Shown: positions 51,668-64,000 of the stretch, piece by piece
Position numbering within the stretch: the stretch's first letter is position 1
Layout of the letters: each line of letters starts with the position of its first letter
Source of the DNA: Chrysomallon squamiferum
Lineage: Eukaryota > Animalia > Mollusca
Direction of reading: 5' to 3'
Length of the DNA: 64,000 bases
Assembly: GCA_012295275.1 (NCBI GenBank)
Contig: CM022674.1
Span: 8,618,001 to 8,682,000, forward strand
Program-made: the position numbers and the translations under genes
Notes under the pieces: generated by a model
What the model was told of the DNA's origin: nothing
Database searches by the model: none
Seen by the model: only the letters and a program-made list of their open reading frames with translations

Positions 51668-51687
51668 CAGACAACTAGACTGCTTAC

Positions 51688-51849
51688 CTGTAATGATTTT
51701 GATAATTTCGACCTGTCAAAAGTTATCTCTCCTTTGATGATGGCAGCACACTGTTGCTGATGACACTTTTCAGCTAGATCAGCTGCAGTGAAGTCGTTGT
51801 TGTCAACGATGTCAGGATCACACCCATTCTCTAGAAGAACCTGAATGCA
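51688..51849 (-). CDS. ESPN: Espin-like exon, last ankyrin repeat (CIQVLLENGCDPDIVDNNDFTAADLAEKCHQQQCAAIIKGEITFDRSKLSKSLQ)
   Basis: tttcag| acceptor, |gtaagc donor, 162 nt, phase 0-0; ankyrin consensus LL..G.D....D....TA.DLA. Confidence 0.92.
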
Positions 51850-53591
51850 CTGAAATAATAAACATAATTAATTAATTTACCTGGGAAATAATAAATTACA
51901 AACTAATTTTGATTGAAGAGAAAAACTGTGTGATCTGAAATGAAAGAACACACCACCCCAGTGTAAAGTTTATTTATCTTTAACTAGTTGTAATCTGTAC
52001 CTACTGATAAAATTGTATGTTTGTGTGTGTATGTGTGTGTATGTGTGTGTGCATGTGTATATGCATGGGTTTTCCTCTTTAGAAAAGAAGAAAAATGAGA
52101 AGAATGTCCTCAACAAAATTCAGATCAAACATCTGCTTCAGTGCATGAACAAAACAAATTTTGTGAAAAAAAAAAAATGCAGCTACTTCAGTTTCTCCTT
52201 AAATAAAACTAACAAAAAAAATATTACAACTAATAAAAAATTGTAAAATTTAAACTTGCTCTGTAATCAGAATCCGAGTACTTGCAGCTGATCTTTGAAA
52301 AAAAGTGAATTTAAATGACTTATTTACATGATTTCTTTTGAAGCTGTCAGATCTTTATACAAATGTTAATGGTTATTGACCTCAGTGGAAGTTGTGCTGA
52401 AAACACAAGTAATAAAACTCTGGTATGTAAATCAGTTAAATATCCTGAGACTGGATTGCATAGTTAAATTAACATAAAAAACAAATGTTTTAAAATAAAA
52501 AGTTCAAAAAAATAGCTTTTAAATAATAAAGTTTTTTTTTCATCAAATGTTTTAAATATTTTAAGAAATAAAACTATAATTTCAGTTAATTTTCTAAAGG
52601 ATGAGTTTAAAACATAAAATAAAATTTTAAAAGAATCATTTTTAAGTCAGTAGTATTTGTTGGTTAGTGTTTTGTTTTATTTTTGTTTTTTGTTTCTATT
52701 TTTATTTTTATTATTATTATTATCAATTTTTTATTTTTTCAGTGGTAAATTGAAAAGTAGTTTAAATTCAAAGTTTGGATAACAGCTACTTTGGTTATCT
52801 TCTTTTATTAATTGTTTTTAAATATCAGACATCAAGTTGATAAAAACATGTCTAATTACTCCACTCCAAGAAACGTGATAATAAATAAAAGTTTCACTTA
52901 CAAGAAATAAAACATTCAGAGTCAGATCAGAAACTCGCTTGTAATGACTAATAATTAACATCAATGAATTGTTTTCTACAGAAGTTACTTCTTCACCCAC
53001 TGACAAACATCAATAAAAGATGAAATAAAAACTGTTATTATAGTGACAACATAAATGTACAATAAACACAGGTAATCAGACAGGAAATGATAAACATACT
53101 GTGAGTTTCCCAGGTAATGGTTTTATCTTTCAAGATTTCATTAATAAAATTTGTAATTTTTTAAATATATATTTTGTCGGTTTGCATTTATTTGTATTTT
53201 GTTTTTCAGATTTCATATATTTATTATTATTTTTTCTTAATTAAATTTATTTATTTGTTATTTATTTTTAAAACTTTACACGCACACACACATTACATAT
53301 GTAAGCAATATGCATCACATATACACATGCAAACACACATACTATATAAACATATAAATATACTTGCATACAAATAATGGTTATAAATATTTTAATGAAT
53401 AAAATGAAAAAAAAAAATGAAAAACAATTTTTCAGTGCAGTTATTGTGATATCAGTACATAAACTTTAAAAAAAACATGTTTATTTTGACAACTGTGTTT
53501 TTAACAGATTTCTGTCATCAGGATAAACTGCAAATGCCTCTGTTCATGTGTTGAAACAAATTATCAGTGTCAACCCCTCCACATCATTCAT

Positions 53592-53740
53592 CATGCCCCC
53601 CATCACTCAGTCAGCATGCCCCCCAATCACTCAGTGAGCATGCCCCCCAATCACTCAGTCAGCATGCTCCCCCAATCACTCAGTCAGCATGCCCCCAATC
53701 ACTCAGTCAGCATGCCCCCCCAATCACTCAGTCAGCATGC
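53592..53740. repeat. Minisatellite, ~24-bp unit cactcagtcagcatgccccccaat (~6 copies)
   Basis: Directly visible. Confidence 0.92.
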
Positions 53741-55925
53741 ATCATAATTTACTGCAGACATTTCCAACATTTTTGTCTCTTTTACATACAATTTTGGGGG
53801 GTTTTAAAATCTCAATCTTTGACAAATATACACATTAACTGAGACATAGGCACACAGAACAAAACTATACACACCAAATGATAATCACACAGAATATTTA
53901 AAAAAATGAATTTTTTGTACAATTACTCTGCAGTTCAGTTGAAATATTAACAGTTTTACTTATTTGAAATTTTAAAACTGTCACAAAGATAACCACCTCT
54001 TCTTTCAGCTCTCCAAGCTGTTATCTGTTGAACTGTTTAACAATGTTTGCTGAGACTTTCAACAGAAGGTGTGACATAAATCTATTATCTACCCACCAGT
54101 AATGCATTATCAGTAATATGCCCACCCGTATTGTTTGAAATATCCAGTTGCCATGATGACATAGCTATCATCTGAATGTCAATTTTTGTGTGAAAAAAAC
54201 CCATCTTGCTGAATTTTTTGGTGATTTCAAAACAATATTGTGTCAATGTAAAAAGAGATAGTAAATAAAACCGTTGATTGAGACACACTGTTCAGTGACA
54301 CAACTCACTTGTTTACTGTTGGGTTCTATCTCATAGTTTAAGTGGTGTGTTGATCAATGCCTGGTTTATCATGTGATAACTGAACATGATTTAACACTGA
54401 ACCAGATGAGGATTATCTCAGAAACCAGGACATTTTAACAACCACCAAGGTAAACATTTTAGGCTCAACAAAGATCCAAACTCTGTAACAAGAGCTAGTA
54501 AGGAATATAAGACATGTTCACAATCTCTTAACTTCCTAACTCATTAAAAACAAAAAAAATATTATTTTCTATCAAATGTCTTAACAAGATGACATCAAAG
54601 ATGTCACAGACATAAAAATACCACTGTAATAATACTTCTGTTATTAGAATATACCATTCATACTTCTCCAAAATATTGTAATAGTTTAACCATTTTCTAA
54701 CTAACTGCAAACAGACTTTTTATTAGCAACCCAGAGTAAATGAATCATGATATTAAATGCACAGAAACAGTTTGAAATAAAAATACAAAATCGATCTTTT
54801 TTTCTTTTTTTTCCTCATTTTTTGGATAGTTCATTCAGTTTATTAAAACTCATTAATTCAGTTTTGTAGTGTTTTCTTGCTAACATTTAATAATCAATAT
54901 CTGCTGATGAGAACATTCTGAATATTTCTATTCAATAAAAATGAAATGTGACAGAAAGATGGTAGAGTAAAAATCAACAAAGTTACTTAGAATAGTTTTT
55001 CGATAATAATAAATTGATTACCTATATCTTATGTATTATTACATGTAAATATACAGTCATATTTTTTATTTATGAAAAGAGAGAAAAAGGAAAGAGTAAA
55101 GCAAAGAAAACCCAAAAGGAAATGCTGGGAGAAAAATCAAATAGTTAAAAGAGAATAGCATATAATACAGTTCATACAGAACATGTACCAGTATACAGTG
55201 GGGAGAGGCTTTTTATATAATACATAGAGCTGAGAGAGGATAAAGTAGCATATAATATGTACATTTAACAGAGCAGATATTGTACTAGTATATTATAGAT
55301 ACAGTTGACCAAATTTCAATAGTATATAATACATACAGTTATAGTGTTTATGCTATATAATTATATAATTACATATAAAATAACTATGCAGCTGAAATGT
55401 ATTAATGTAAAAAAGTATTACATCAGTTTCTAATGAATGTTCTGTAGATTAAGCATTATTCACTGACATATCTGTTGATATACTGTAATAAGAAATGACT
55501 TATTTGATATTACACAATAATCATACATATATTATGTGACTACTAGTTTTTGACCACCATTTTTGGACTGATGCAATTTCATTTTATGTGTGTTTTCATT
55601 GACATTGAATCATTGTCATAGCAGATATGCATATTTCTGTATGATTTATGACACAGTATGATATATGACACGAATATTATTCTCATTGATATAATTGTAT
55701 CATAGTATTGACAAGCAACTAAATACAAACCTATATAAAACAAATTTAAAAAATAAATAAAAAATATATTAAATAAAAAAATTAATAAAAAAGAAAATTA
55801 GAAAATTACATATTGCATGTAGCATATATTTATAAATGATACCCTCACATACAGAAACATAAGCAAACATTTTCAGAAACAGAATAACACATTCTGTAAT
55901 ACATTCTCCCAATGTTTCACACACA

Positions 55926-55962
<37 letters not shown>

Positions 55963-56461
55963 ACACTTGTACATACATTCACTCTATATATTATATGTAC
56001 CTATATTCACAGCTGTCACTAATCTGCTTTTTAATATAATGTTAAGATTACCTCAAAAGTGTCTCAGCAAGCTTGCCTGTCATTCTTACCACTATGAATA
56101 AATACACAGAAAGTTATTTCACCGTGGATCACATGATACAACCCTGTATTACACCTGTCAGTAATCCCAAGTCTTACTGTGTGTTTTGTCTCAATGAGAC
56201 CTGAAATCACTCTAGTGAGACACAGATCAAACAGCCAGCCATATTGATTGTATTACTTTGTATGTTAAAGCCACTTAACCATGATATGGCTTCTAGGGGT
56301 CATTTCAAACATTTCAAATCATTTGTTTTTATTTTCTATTTTCAGAAATAAAGCATAAATTATGCAATATTCCTTCTTAAAATAAAGCTACTGTAAAGAA
56401 CATGAAAGTTAAAAACAAACATGCATAGTATCACACACACACACACAAACACACACCCACA

Positions 56462-56497
<36 letters not shown>

Positions 56498-59244
56498 CAA
56501 AAGAGTAAACATATAGCATGTGCATGCATACATGTCTATGTGAATGAACACACATACAAACATAAAAGCACCCATGCATGAACATAAATGTACAAAGATA
56601 ATAAAGTGTATTATATATAAAAATGACAAAAATCTTCATAATTTTATGAAGACAAAAATAAAACATGGAATTTTTGCTTACACACATTTATCATTAAGAT
56701 CATAAACAACAACTATTCATAACCAGACTAAGAAAATGAGAATAAAAACTCACAAGTTTCTATTTTTACCTAATCTACATAGAAACTGCCTCAGGAACTA
56801 AGATATACAGCAGATATTAAAACAAACAATTATAAATTATTTAAGTTGCCTGCCTGGTTATCGTGCACAGATGATTTGTTAAAAACAAATTAAATAAAAA
56901 TTAAAAAGATACCTCAACTGAATAAATGTGAAAGTGATAATAATAAATGATAAAAACAACAACAATAAAAATATATAAATTTTAAAATATCAAACATGGA
57001 CTAGATGCATAATATTTCTGTTTACTTTTTGTACATTTTTAACAAACAATTTCTGTTTTGAAATAACTGTTTCCTTACCCTCAAACCAAGCTAAGAAATT
57101 CAGCTAATGTTAAAAGCTGCACTGACATGTCACAAGTCAGATATCACATGGGTGTAATATTTCTAGTACTCTGTAGGAAGTTACTGTCTTTAATTTTTTA
57201 TTGAAGTTATGTTATGGACACATTCTACATCATTATAAATATATATATATACATATGTTTAGATAAAAAATAGAATTTTACATTTTGATTAAATACAATG
57301 TTTAACTAGCCCTAAATCTAAACTTAGTAATTTTATCCAAATTCAAAGCACAACACATTACAAGAAATATTTAACATAGAAAGGCACAAGAATACAATTA
57401 ATGCCATGAAAGTTATCAGAATTATGTCAAGGAAAACATCTATATTTAATCTGCTATTTAAAACTGATATAAGGTGGCAGGCCAGTTTTTTCTGACAGGT
57501 AGCAGAAATATTTCTATGTAAATATTTTATTTGAATTTTGGGTGGTGAATGCATTAACAAAAACTTCAGTGTAGAAAAAAATCAGGAAAAAGTTTTAAAT
57601 GTTTTATAAATTAATCTTCAAAAAGTGTCTGGCATATTATTATAAACGTTTACATTTTTTAGAATGATAAACAGGATATCTTAATATAGTGCTACTTCTG
57701 TCTTGAAGTAGTAAATAAATAAAATTATTACATCAGTAACATAATTATGTAAGAAGTAAGGCAAACAGTGTACAATGATACAATTTAAATCTGAGAGCTT
57801 ATTGTAGCTGTGCAAACAAATTAAATTATAAATTAAAATTAAAACTAACTAGGAAATTTTTTAAAAATTGCTGGTACAAGTAACTAGTTTTAAGAAGTAA
57901 TCATGCACTGATGTGTGTAAAACACATTTAACAGTCAGCTACCTGTTTTATAGCTTGTAATCCACACAGAGAGGTGAGAAAACCAGTCCTCAGTCTGCTG
58001 TCAATGACACAAGCTGCTCAGCTAACCGCTGATATCAATTAACAAGTGATCTGATTGGCTAATTAAAACATGACACTCACTGGCTGGACCACAAGCTGAA
58101 ACTATTGACTGACAGGTCAACTTTATTTGTGGCTTATGTTGGTGATACCTGTTTGATAATCAAGCATGTCATGTAAACTTTATTTTAATTTAATTTATTT
58201 ATTCCTTTATTACTTTATTTATTTATTTATTTGTTTGTTTGTCTATTATTATTATTTTTTATTTATTTATTTATTTATTAAAAAGAAGAGTATTCAATTA
58301 AATTATTTTTTTAAATCATTGATTGATTCCAATGATGTTTCAAACATTTAGCAGTTAATATGACTTGCTGTATTCAGATTTAAAATAGTAACAAAAATAC
58401 TCCAAATGTTTACTGATTCAGAAAACTATCAATCTGATTCACTGCATTTTGAGAGTTGCTAAATATTTAAATGTCCTATGACTATAACCCTTTACATTTC
58501 AAACCAGTTGTTTGTGTTCAGATAAGAATAAAAACACAACTGAAAACTAAACTATGAATTTTCACTTTTTATATTCAAAATTCTAGGCAAGTCAATTGAT
58601 GATATTTCCAAGATTTCTGGAATTTCTTATATAAAACTTTTATTCCAAAATTAACATCGAACAATATCAAAAATTAAAAAAAAAAAAAAAAAACCTTTTA
58701 TTTCAGGAGATTTAAAATACTACAGTGTGGTTTAAAATTTGAGACTAAAATAAAACTAAATTATCTAAGAATATTACTAACTGATTTAAGAAACCAGGGA
58801 ATCACTGTATTTATGACATTCCAAATTTCTACAGTTTGTGACATTAGATTTTCATTTCAAAATCTATATTAAAAACAGAAAAAGAATCAAAATTAATCTA
58901 TTTAAGAATTAATGAGATACAAAATGTTAGTGCTATCAAATCAAACACATACTTTTTTTCATTAAAATAACACTAAAATTATCCTAAATTTTTAATAATT
59001 ATATTGAAAATACAACCTAATGAAATGACAAAATTCCAAATTTGCACTAATTTGTTAAGATTTCATTTCAGTCTATTTTAAAGGCTAAATTAAACATTTA
59101 TTTCAGAAATTTAAAATAGTTGGGTTATATCAAAATGCAGGAAATTGAATTAAATTATCAAAAATTCTCATTAATTTATAACATGAATTCACCTGGCATT
59201 CCAATTTTTCTTAATTTGTTAAATAAGCCTTTCATTTCTATTTA

Positions 59245-59262
59245 TACTACTACTACTACTAC

Positions 59263-59341
<79 letters not shown>
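59245..59341. repeat. Compound (ACT)n(AAT)n(TAT)n microsatellite
   Basis: Directly visible; the (AAT)n/(ATT)n junction is self-complementary. Confidence 0.92.
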
Positions 59342-60079
59342 CATCACATTTAATTAATATAAAAAACAATGAAATTTAGAATATAAGTAGTCCTGTGAAA
59401 TGTACAACGTCATCTCAATAATTTTCATGTCAAATCAGAAACAAGCAGAAATAAACTAATATATGCAACCACTTATTCAGGTTTAATGTCTGGATTCAGT
59501 TATACATTTAGTTTCAGAGTTAGTTTCAGTTACTTGAGGGTTAAATTCAGAGTTATTTCAAGGTTAATTTCAGAATTATTTGAAAGTTAATATCAGGGTT
59601 AATTTTATAACTAAATTCTGATTTTTAATTACATTTTTATTAGGGATATGGTTATTTATATGAATCATTTAATCCTTTTTAATTCATACTAGAATGCTGA
59701 CACATAGTAAACCTTTCCACATAATCTTTACATGTCTAAATTATTAATGTTTTCAAGTAAGATTATTTCTTGTCTTAGTTACAGCTATTGCAAAAATGCA
59801 TATTTCATTTCTGACAATCAATTTTGTAGAAAAGAGTATGAATATATAGCTGAAAAAATTATTTTAACAGTTAGTATTATTTAATTTAAATATAAAATAA
59901 GCTTTATTACCAATACACCATTTCTTGTTATAAATTTATCACCAAAAGAATTTACCAAAAAAAAAAAAGAGGGAAAAAAAGGAAAAATAGAAGAAAATTG
60001 TAAAATTAAAAGAAATAAAAAGAAAGTAAAAATAACTAATTTTACACTGCAAGTTTACAAAGAGAACAGTTTTATTTAC

Positions 60080-61300
60080 AAACATTCTGATATCAACTCA
60101 CATAAACTAATGTGTGCTAAGTAAAACATCTGATATCAACTCACATAAACTAATGTGTGCTAAGTAAAGCATCTGATATCAACTCACATAAACTAATGTG
60201 TGCTAAGTAAAACATTCTGATATCAACTCACATAAACTAATGTGTGCTAAGTAAAACATCTGATATCAACTCACATAAACTAATGTGTGCTAAGTAAAAC
60301 ATCTGATATCAACTCACATAAACTAATGTGTGCTAAGTAAAACATCTGATATCAACTCACATAAACTAATGTGTGCTAAGTAAAACATTCTGATATCAAC
60401 TCACATAAACTAATGTGTGCTAAGTAAAACATTCTGATATCAACTCACATAAACTAATGTGTGCTAAGTAAAACATCTGATATCAACTCACATAAACTAA
60501 TGTGTGCTAAGTAAAACATCTGATATCAACTCACATAAACTAATGTGTGCTAAGTAAAACATCTGATATCAACTCACATAAACTAATGTGTGCTAAGTAA
60601 AACATCTGATATCAACTCACATAAACTAATGTGTGCTAAGTAAAACATCTGATATCAACTCACATAAACTAATGTGTGCTAAGTAAAACATCTGATATCA
60701 ACTCACATAAACTAATGTGTGCTAAGTAAAACATCTGATATCAACTCACATAAACTAATGTGTGCTAAGTAAAACATCTGATATCAACTCACATAAACTA
60801 ATGTGTGCTAAGTAAAACATTCTGATATCAACTCACATAAACTAATGTGTGCTAAAACATCTGATAAAACATCTGATATCAAAACATCATATCAACTAAA
60901 ACTAATGTGTGCTAAGTAAAACATCTGATATCAACTCACATAAACTAATGTGTGCTAAGTAAAACATCTGATATCAACTCACATAAACTAATGTGTGCTA
61001 AGTAAAACATCTGATATCAACTCACATAAACTAATGTGTGCTAAGTAAAACATCTGATATCAACTCACATAAACTAATGTGTGCTAAGTAAAACATCTGA
61101 TATCAACTCACATAAACTAATGTGTGCTAAGTAAAACATCTGATATCAACTCAAAGTAAAACATTCTGATATCAACTCACATAAACTAATGTGTGCTAAG
61201 TAAAACATCTGATATCAACTCACATAAACTAATGTGTGCTAAGTAAAACATCTGATATCAACTCACATAAACTAATGTGTGCTAAGTAAAGCATCTGATA
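60080..61300. repeat. Minisatellite, 43-44-bp unit acatctgatatcaactcacataaactaatgtgtgctaagtaaa (~28 copies)
   Basis: Directly visible; no variable spacers. Confidence 0.97.
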
Positions 61301-63799
61301 CAAGTTAGTAACGTATGTCTCTTGCTGTCTGACTCAGGTGACTGCAGAAACATAAAAGAAAAAGTAAAAGATGAAATAGAAGTGTCTATAAATACATTAT
61401 ACAGATCTCAGTTCATCACGTGTAGACTGAATACTGAATATGATAAGTAACTTTTCTGAATGACAGATAAAAAAGTGTAACTAGATCTGTATTGTCAGTC
61501 TTAATGGAAGAGTAAAGCACAGATACAAATCTCAGTCACATATTAATCACATGGCTGTGTTACATTAACTTGAAATATTGAAGCTATTACGTGCTATTTA
61601 TAGTGCATGTTTTTACTATATATATATATTTTTTTTTTTTCAACCTTTGTTCACATTACCATAATTTTGTTTTTCAATGCAGAAGAGGTTGGTAACATAA
61701 AACATGATTAAAAGACTGAAAAGTAGACTTGTTAAAACATTAGTTATATGTACACTAATAATGAAACGTCCTTATAAGCTCACTGTCAGGTCACCACATA
61801 CCACAACATTTATTTGTATCTGATCTTCATTTACACTCACACCTGTATCTGTCATGTTTTAATTTTTTTAATTTGAATTATGATAAACACTAAATGACAA
61901 GATAAACAAATAAAAAACTAAAAGACACTAAATAAATAAAATATTTTAACACCAACCAAACAAAACACTGACTGCTGACAAGTGAGTGTCAAAACTGAGT
62001 TCACACTAGAGTTAACTCCCTTAGCAAACTGACTGTGAAATCTGGCTGAACAAACAAACTAATAATAAAGTGTGGCAGTTACATCGGTCATTCATGCTGA
62101 AGAATGTGCAGCCAATTATGGAAACTGTAAGGAAGTGTAATTTGGGGAAGTAAATAGAATAAACATTTTTCTTATTCCTTTCTTAGCACAAGCTCCAGTT
62201 CACTCAAAATGCCATAAGATTTTTAATTTTCTAGATAAATAGTAATTTTAAATACATGTCTGACAGATTTCAAAATAAGGATTGTATCTACCAGCATAAT
62301 AAAAGAGAAATAAATAAATAGTTTTAATTAATTTTGTTTTGTGTCACTAGCTCACTTTGACCAATTAGATACTTTCTGGAATTTGCTAATTGCTAACATG
62401 TCCAGAATAAAATAAAATAAAATGTTAACAGCATGTGAATCTTCATATGTGACTTGTCACTGACATTAAAACATGTTTAACTGGGAAAGAGAATATGTAC
62501 CACCCTATTTAGTAATAGCTAGAACTGGAAAAAAGTGTTTATTGCTATTAAAACAAAAACTCTTTACCTGCAATCTGTTCCTGTGTGTACTTGGTCAAAC
62601 ACAAACTTTATGTTTATAAACAAACATATCACTTTTCTTTCTCAAACCCTTAACAGATATAAAGCTGCATAAAACATAAATAAGTAATATTTCACCTTAG
62701 ATTTACATGCATCTTGAATGAATCCTGTGCTCTGAGCCAGTGTAATTACTCAGTCTCTTTGGAAAACCTCATCAATTGCTTCATATTGAATAATTCATGA
62801 GGTGTGCTGACAGATAGATGACATGAAGATGTCAGAGAAGACATCTCACTTGTAATGGACATGTGTCAGTGGTAAAAACAGAAAAATATTCATTTTATTA
62901 ACGTAACAGATGCTGAATACAAACTGTATCACATTGCACACTCAGCTAATACATCACATAGTTAGACTGTGATGTAATGTGAACAGAGGCAGGTAAAGCT
63001 GTTACATACAGTTTCAGTTGTTGTGAGTTTGGATAACGTGTGTTATTAATTATTAACTGTTTACTGAAACCAGTGGTTAGCCTAGTTACTGGGTGAATGC
63101 AAGAAAGATAAAAAAAAAAGGAAGAAAGAAATTTTATTTTGTTCTTTAAAACTAAATCAATAAAACATGAAGAAAAAAAAAAAAATTTTTAGCCAGATAT
63201 GAAAGTTATTTTAAATATAAAAACACTATCGATATCACCATGATAACAAAACCAAGAATAAAATGCATTAACAATATGATAAGAGAAACAATAATAGCAC
63301 TGAACATACATGAAGAACTGTGTATATGTTCTATTTATGTTTATTGTGTTTTTAGGAAATTATGATGTCTAGTATTTTATAGCACTTCTATTGAAATTTT
63401 ACTTAATTATGTAATTGAAGTCTTGTGGAAATCTTAAAACACATTCATAAAATTTGTACAGGTGTGTATTCAATAAACAACACAAAGTGAAAGTGTTTGT
63501 TACCTGAAGAAATCACTTGTATGTGACACAGAACTGACAAGAAGCAGGTAAGAACCTGGGACTGGTTTTATCAGGAAGTAAAGTTATCTCACAGCTCTAT
63601 CTCCATTCGACAAGCCCCAGTTAACAGTTTGTAATAAAAGATGAAATTATAAAAGATATAATATTACACATTGTGTGTTCAGAAAGACAAACCTTAGCTT
63701 GAACTAAAAATCAGGAAGTTATCAAATTTTAAAAATATCTTTTTTATAATAATAACACACATACACACTAAACACACATACACACACTGACATAGACCA

Positions 63800-64000
63800 G
63801 CACTAACATTCTAATATACAGACACACACTAACATTCTAGCATACAGACACACACTAACATTCTAACACAGACATACACTAACATTCTAACATACAGACA
63901 CACACTAACATTCTAACACAGACACATACTAACATTCTCATACAGACATACAGACACACACTAACATTCTAACACACAGACATACACTAACATACTAATA
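63800..64000. repeat. Minisatellite, ~26-28-bp unit cactaacattctaacacagacaca, running to the window end
   Basis: Directly visible. Confidence 0.88.

Larger units (their letters stand above)
43056..51849 (-). other. ESPN: Espin/forked-family actin-bundling protein gene, 3' part (7 coding exons; upstream ankyrin exons not found, probably beyond 64000)
   Basis: Spliced product has an ankyrin repeat (CIQVLLENGCDPDIVDNNDFTAADLAEKCHQQQCAAII), a Ser/Pro-rich linker, a WH2-like motif (DIIAELKAGGGVGVLKKS) and bundling-module motifs ([19 protein letters not shown]; EEARFLNIPAWKRALIEKK). This matches espin domain order. Confidence 0.88.

Noticed and set aside
59480-59645. ggttaa/gagtta-rich stretch suggesting an interstitial telomere
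   Set aside because: No tandem TTAGGG run; only a degenerate ~11-bp low-complexity repeat.
60080-61300. Regular 43-bp repeats resembling a CRISPR array (also the 40-bp and 62-bp arrays)
   Set aside because: Units are head-to-tail with no unique spacers, there are no cas genes, and the context is eukaryotic introns; these are minisatellites.

Overview
Very AT-rich, microsatellite- and minisatellite-rich animal genomic DNA. A mollusc or other invertebrate origin is my inference only. Two intron-containing genes lie in tandem on the minus strand. (1) The 3' part of an espin/forked-family actin-bundling gene has 7 coding exons at 51849-43056, encoding the last ankyrin repeat, a Ser/Pro-rich linker, a WH2 motif and actin-bundling-module motifs, followed by a probable 3'UTR exon from 42734. 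(2) The 5' part of an anoctamin/TMEM16 gene (ANO7-like) has 11 coding exons from the ATG at 29337 and runs off the window at 1. All junctions were traced by hand as GT-AG with matching phases. A CpG-retaining promoter-like zone (~33.9-38.2 kb) separates the two genes. The long first anoctamin intron holds a 2821-bp decayed Sola2-like DNA transposon (~630-bp TIRs, ATTA TSD) and a pair of inverted 40-bp minisatellite arrays able to fold back. The best leads are a candidate 24-nt in-frame anoctamin microexon, a dual 3'/5' splice site plus overlapping uORF at the anoctamin start exon, a possible second ORF in the transposon, alternative donors in espin, and tandem arrays that abut splice sites. 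Most ORFs in the supplied track are repeat artefacts. I found no rRNA, tRNA or CRISPR array and no convincing wholly new system.
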